Shown here piece by piece: positions 43,140 to 43,792 of a stretch of DNA of 43,792 nucleotides. Numbering within the stretch: the stretch's first letter is position 1; the number at the start of each line of letters is the position of its first letter. The notes beneath the pieces were generated by a model. That model was not told the origin of the DNA. It saw only the letters and a list, made by a program, of their open reading frames with translations, and did not search any database. The stretch is taken from the IMG/VR virus record IMGVR_UViG_3300048839_001435; one strand, 5' to 3'. This DNA comes from an uncultured virus (IMG/VR IMGVR_UViG_3300048839_001435) (lineage: Duplodnaviria > Heunggongvirae > Uroviricota > Caudoviricetes). The position numbers were made by a program, and so were the translations under genes.

Positions 43140-43792
43140 ATGATCGGCTCCGTAGGCGTGGCACCGGGCACCACCACTCTCAAGCTCCCGGACGGTTCGG
43201 CCATCCAGATCAGCGACTGGATCGACGACCGCTACTACAGCACCATCCAGCTGACGAACGGCCAGAGCACGCCCCTGGAGGCGTTCTCCGCCGGCCGCAG
43301 CCAGACGATCCCGGGCGGCACCCGGACCATGACCCGCGTCGACACGAACGTGCCGCGCTCGGGCGACGGCGGTCTGCCGAAGGACCACGAGATGCTGATC
43401 TACTCGATCGGCGTCTTCATGACGCGCGTGATGCGCGCCAACTCGGCGGGCAACGTCACGCTCGCCGACGCGTCGGGCTCGCTCTCGAACCCGCCGCAGC
43501 TGCAGACCCTGTTCTCGTTCGACCGCGTCACCTTCCTGGAGATGCAGTACAACGGGAAGACCTACTCGTCGGGTGTCATGCAGGACTACCCGCAGGGTCA
43601 CGGCTACTGGCTGTTCACCACGAACAGCGACACCGAGCTGGCGGAGAACGGCGTCCCCTCGCCGCGCGACCGCAACTCGCTCGTCCTGCCGATCCACCTC
43701 CGTGAGCAGCTGTCCTACAAGATGGTGTTCAACCCGGAGGCGGCGGTGGTCATCAGCCAGACCGCGTCCGACGGCGGCACCGCCCTGACGTT
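43140..43792 (+). CDS. Probable major capsid protein (jelly-roll type inferred), truncated by the right edge (absent from the ORF track)
   Basis: Open to the window end: MIGSVGVAPGTTTLKLPDG..YYSTIQL..VDTNVPRSGDGGLPKDHEMLIYSIGV..YPQGHG..ENGVPSP..LVLPIHL. Beta-strand-like pattern, RBS CAGGAG, near-optimal codons, three operators. The CDS is secure, the capsid call is inference. Confidence 0.55.
   Translation, partial: MIGSVGVAPGTTTLKLPDGSAIQISDWIDDRYYSTIQLTNGQSTPLEAFSAGRSQTIPGGTRTMTRVDTNVPRSGDGGLPKDHEMLIYSIGVFMTRVMRANSAGNVTLADASGSLSNPPQLQTLFSFDRVTFLEMQYNGKTYSSGVMQDYPQGHGYWLFTTNSDTELAENGVPSPRDRNSLVLPIHLREQLSYKMVFNPEAAVVISQTASDGGTALT

Overview
High-GC, gene-dense stretch that reads as the genome (or provirus) of a large tailless, membrane-containing bacterial virus. 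I recognise no housekeeping, rRNA/tRNA, CRISPR, terminase, portal or tail genes. The left part holds replication/early genes: an SNF2-type helicase cut by the left edge, an SF3-type helicase, a UvrD helicase, a Zn-ribbon plus macrodomain-like protein, an SLT-like transglycosylase and Ead-like small genes. An effector block follows (membrane-anchored multi-HTH paralogs, an ART-PolyVal-like ADP-ribosyltransferase, a kinase). The right part (about 33.2-43.8 kb) is a cluster of about 20 mostly small, mostly single-pass membrane proteins around a transglutaminase-like Cys-His-Asp enzyme, ending in a probable major capsid protein cut by the right edge. Three signals stand out. (1) A 16-bp palindrome, consensus GATCGCAGCTGCGATC, occurs 13 times at gene boundaries, usually just upstream of a -10 box, and three times before the putative capsid gene. 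(2) A recurrent L-G / L-x-G motif marks protein termini and anchor-to-cargo junctions. (3) A pair of paralogous membrane proteins differs in that one carries a HicA-like RNase behind its anchor. Together these suggest a co-regulated system that loads effectors into a lipid-containing virion and releases them by proteolysis. This model and all family calls come from reading motifs by eye, with no database search.
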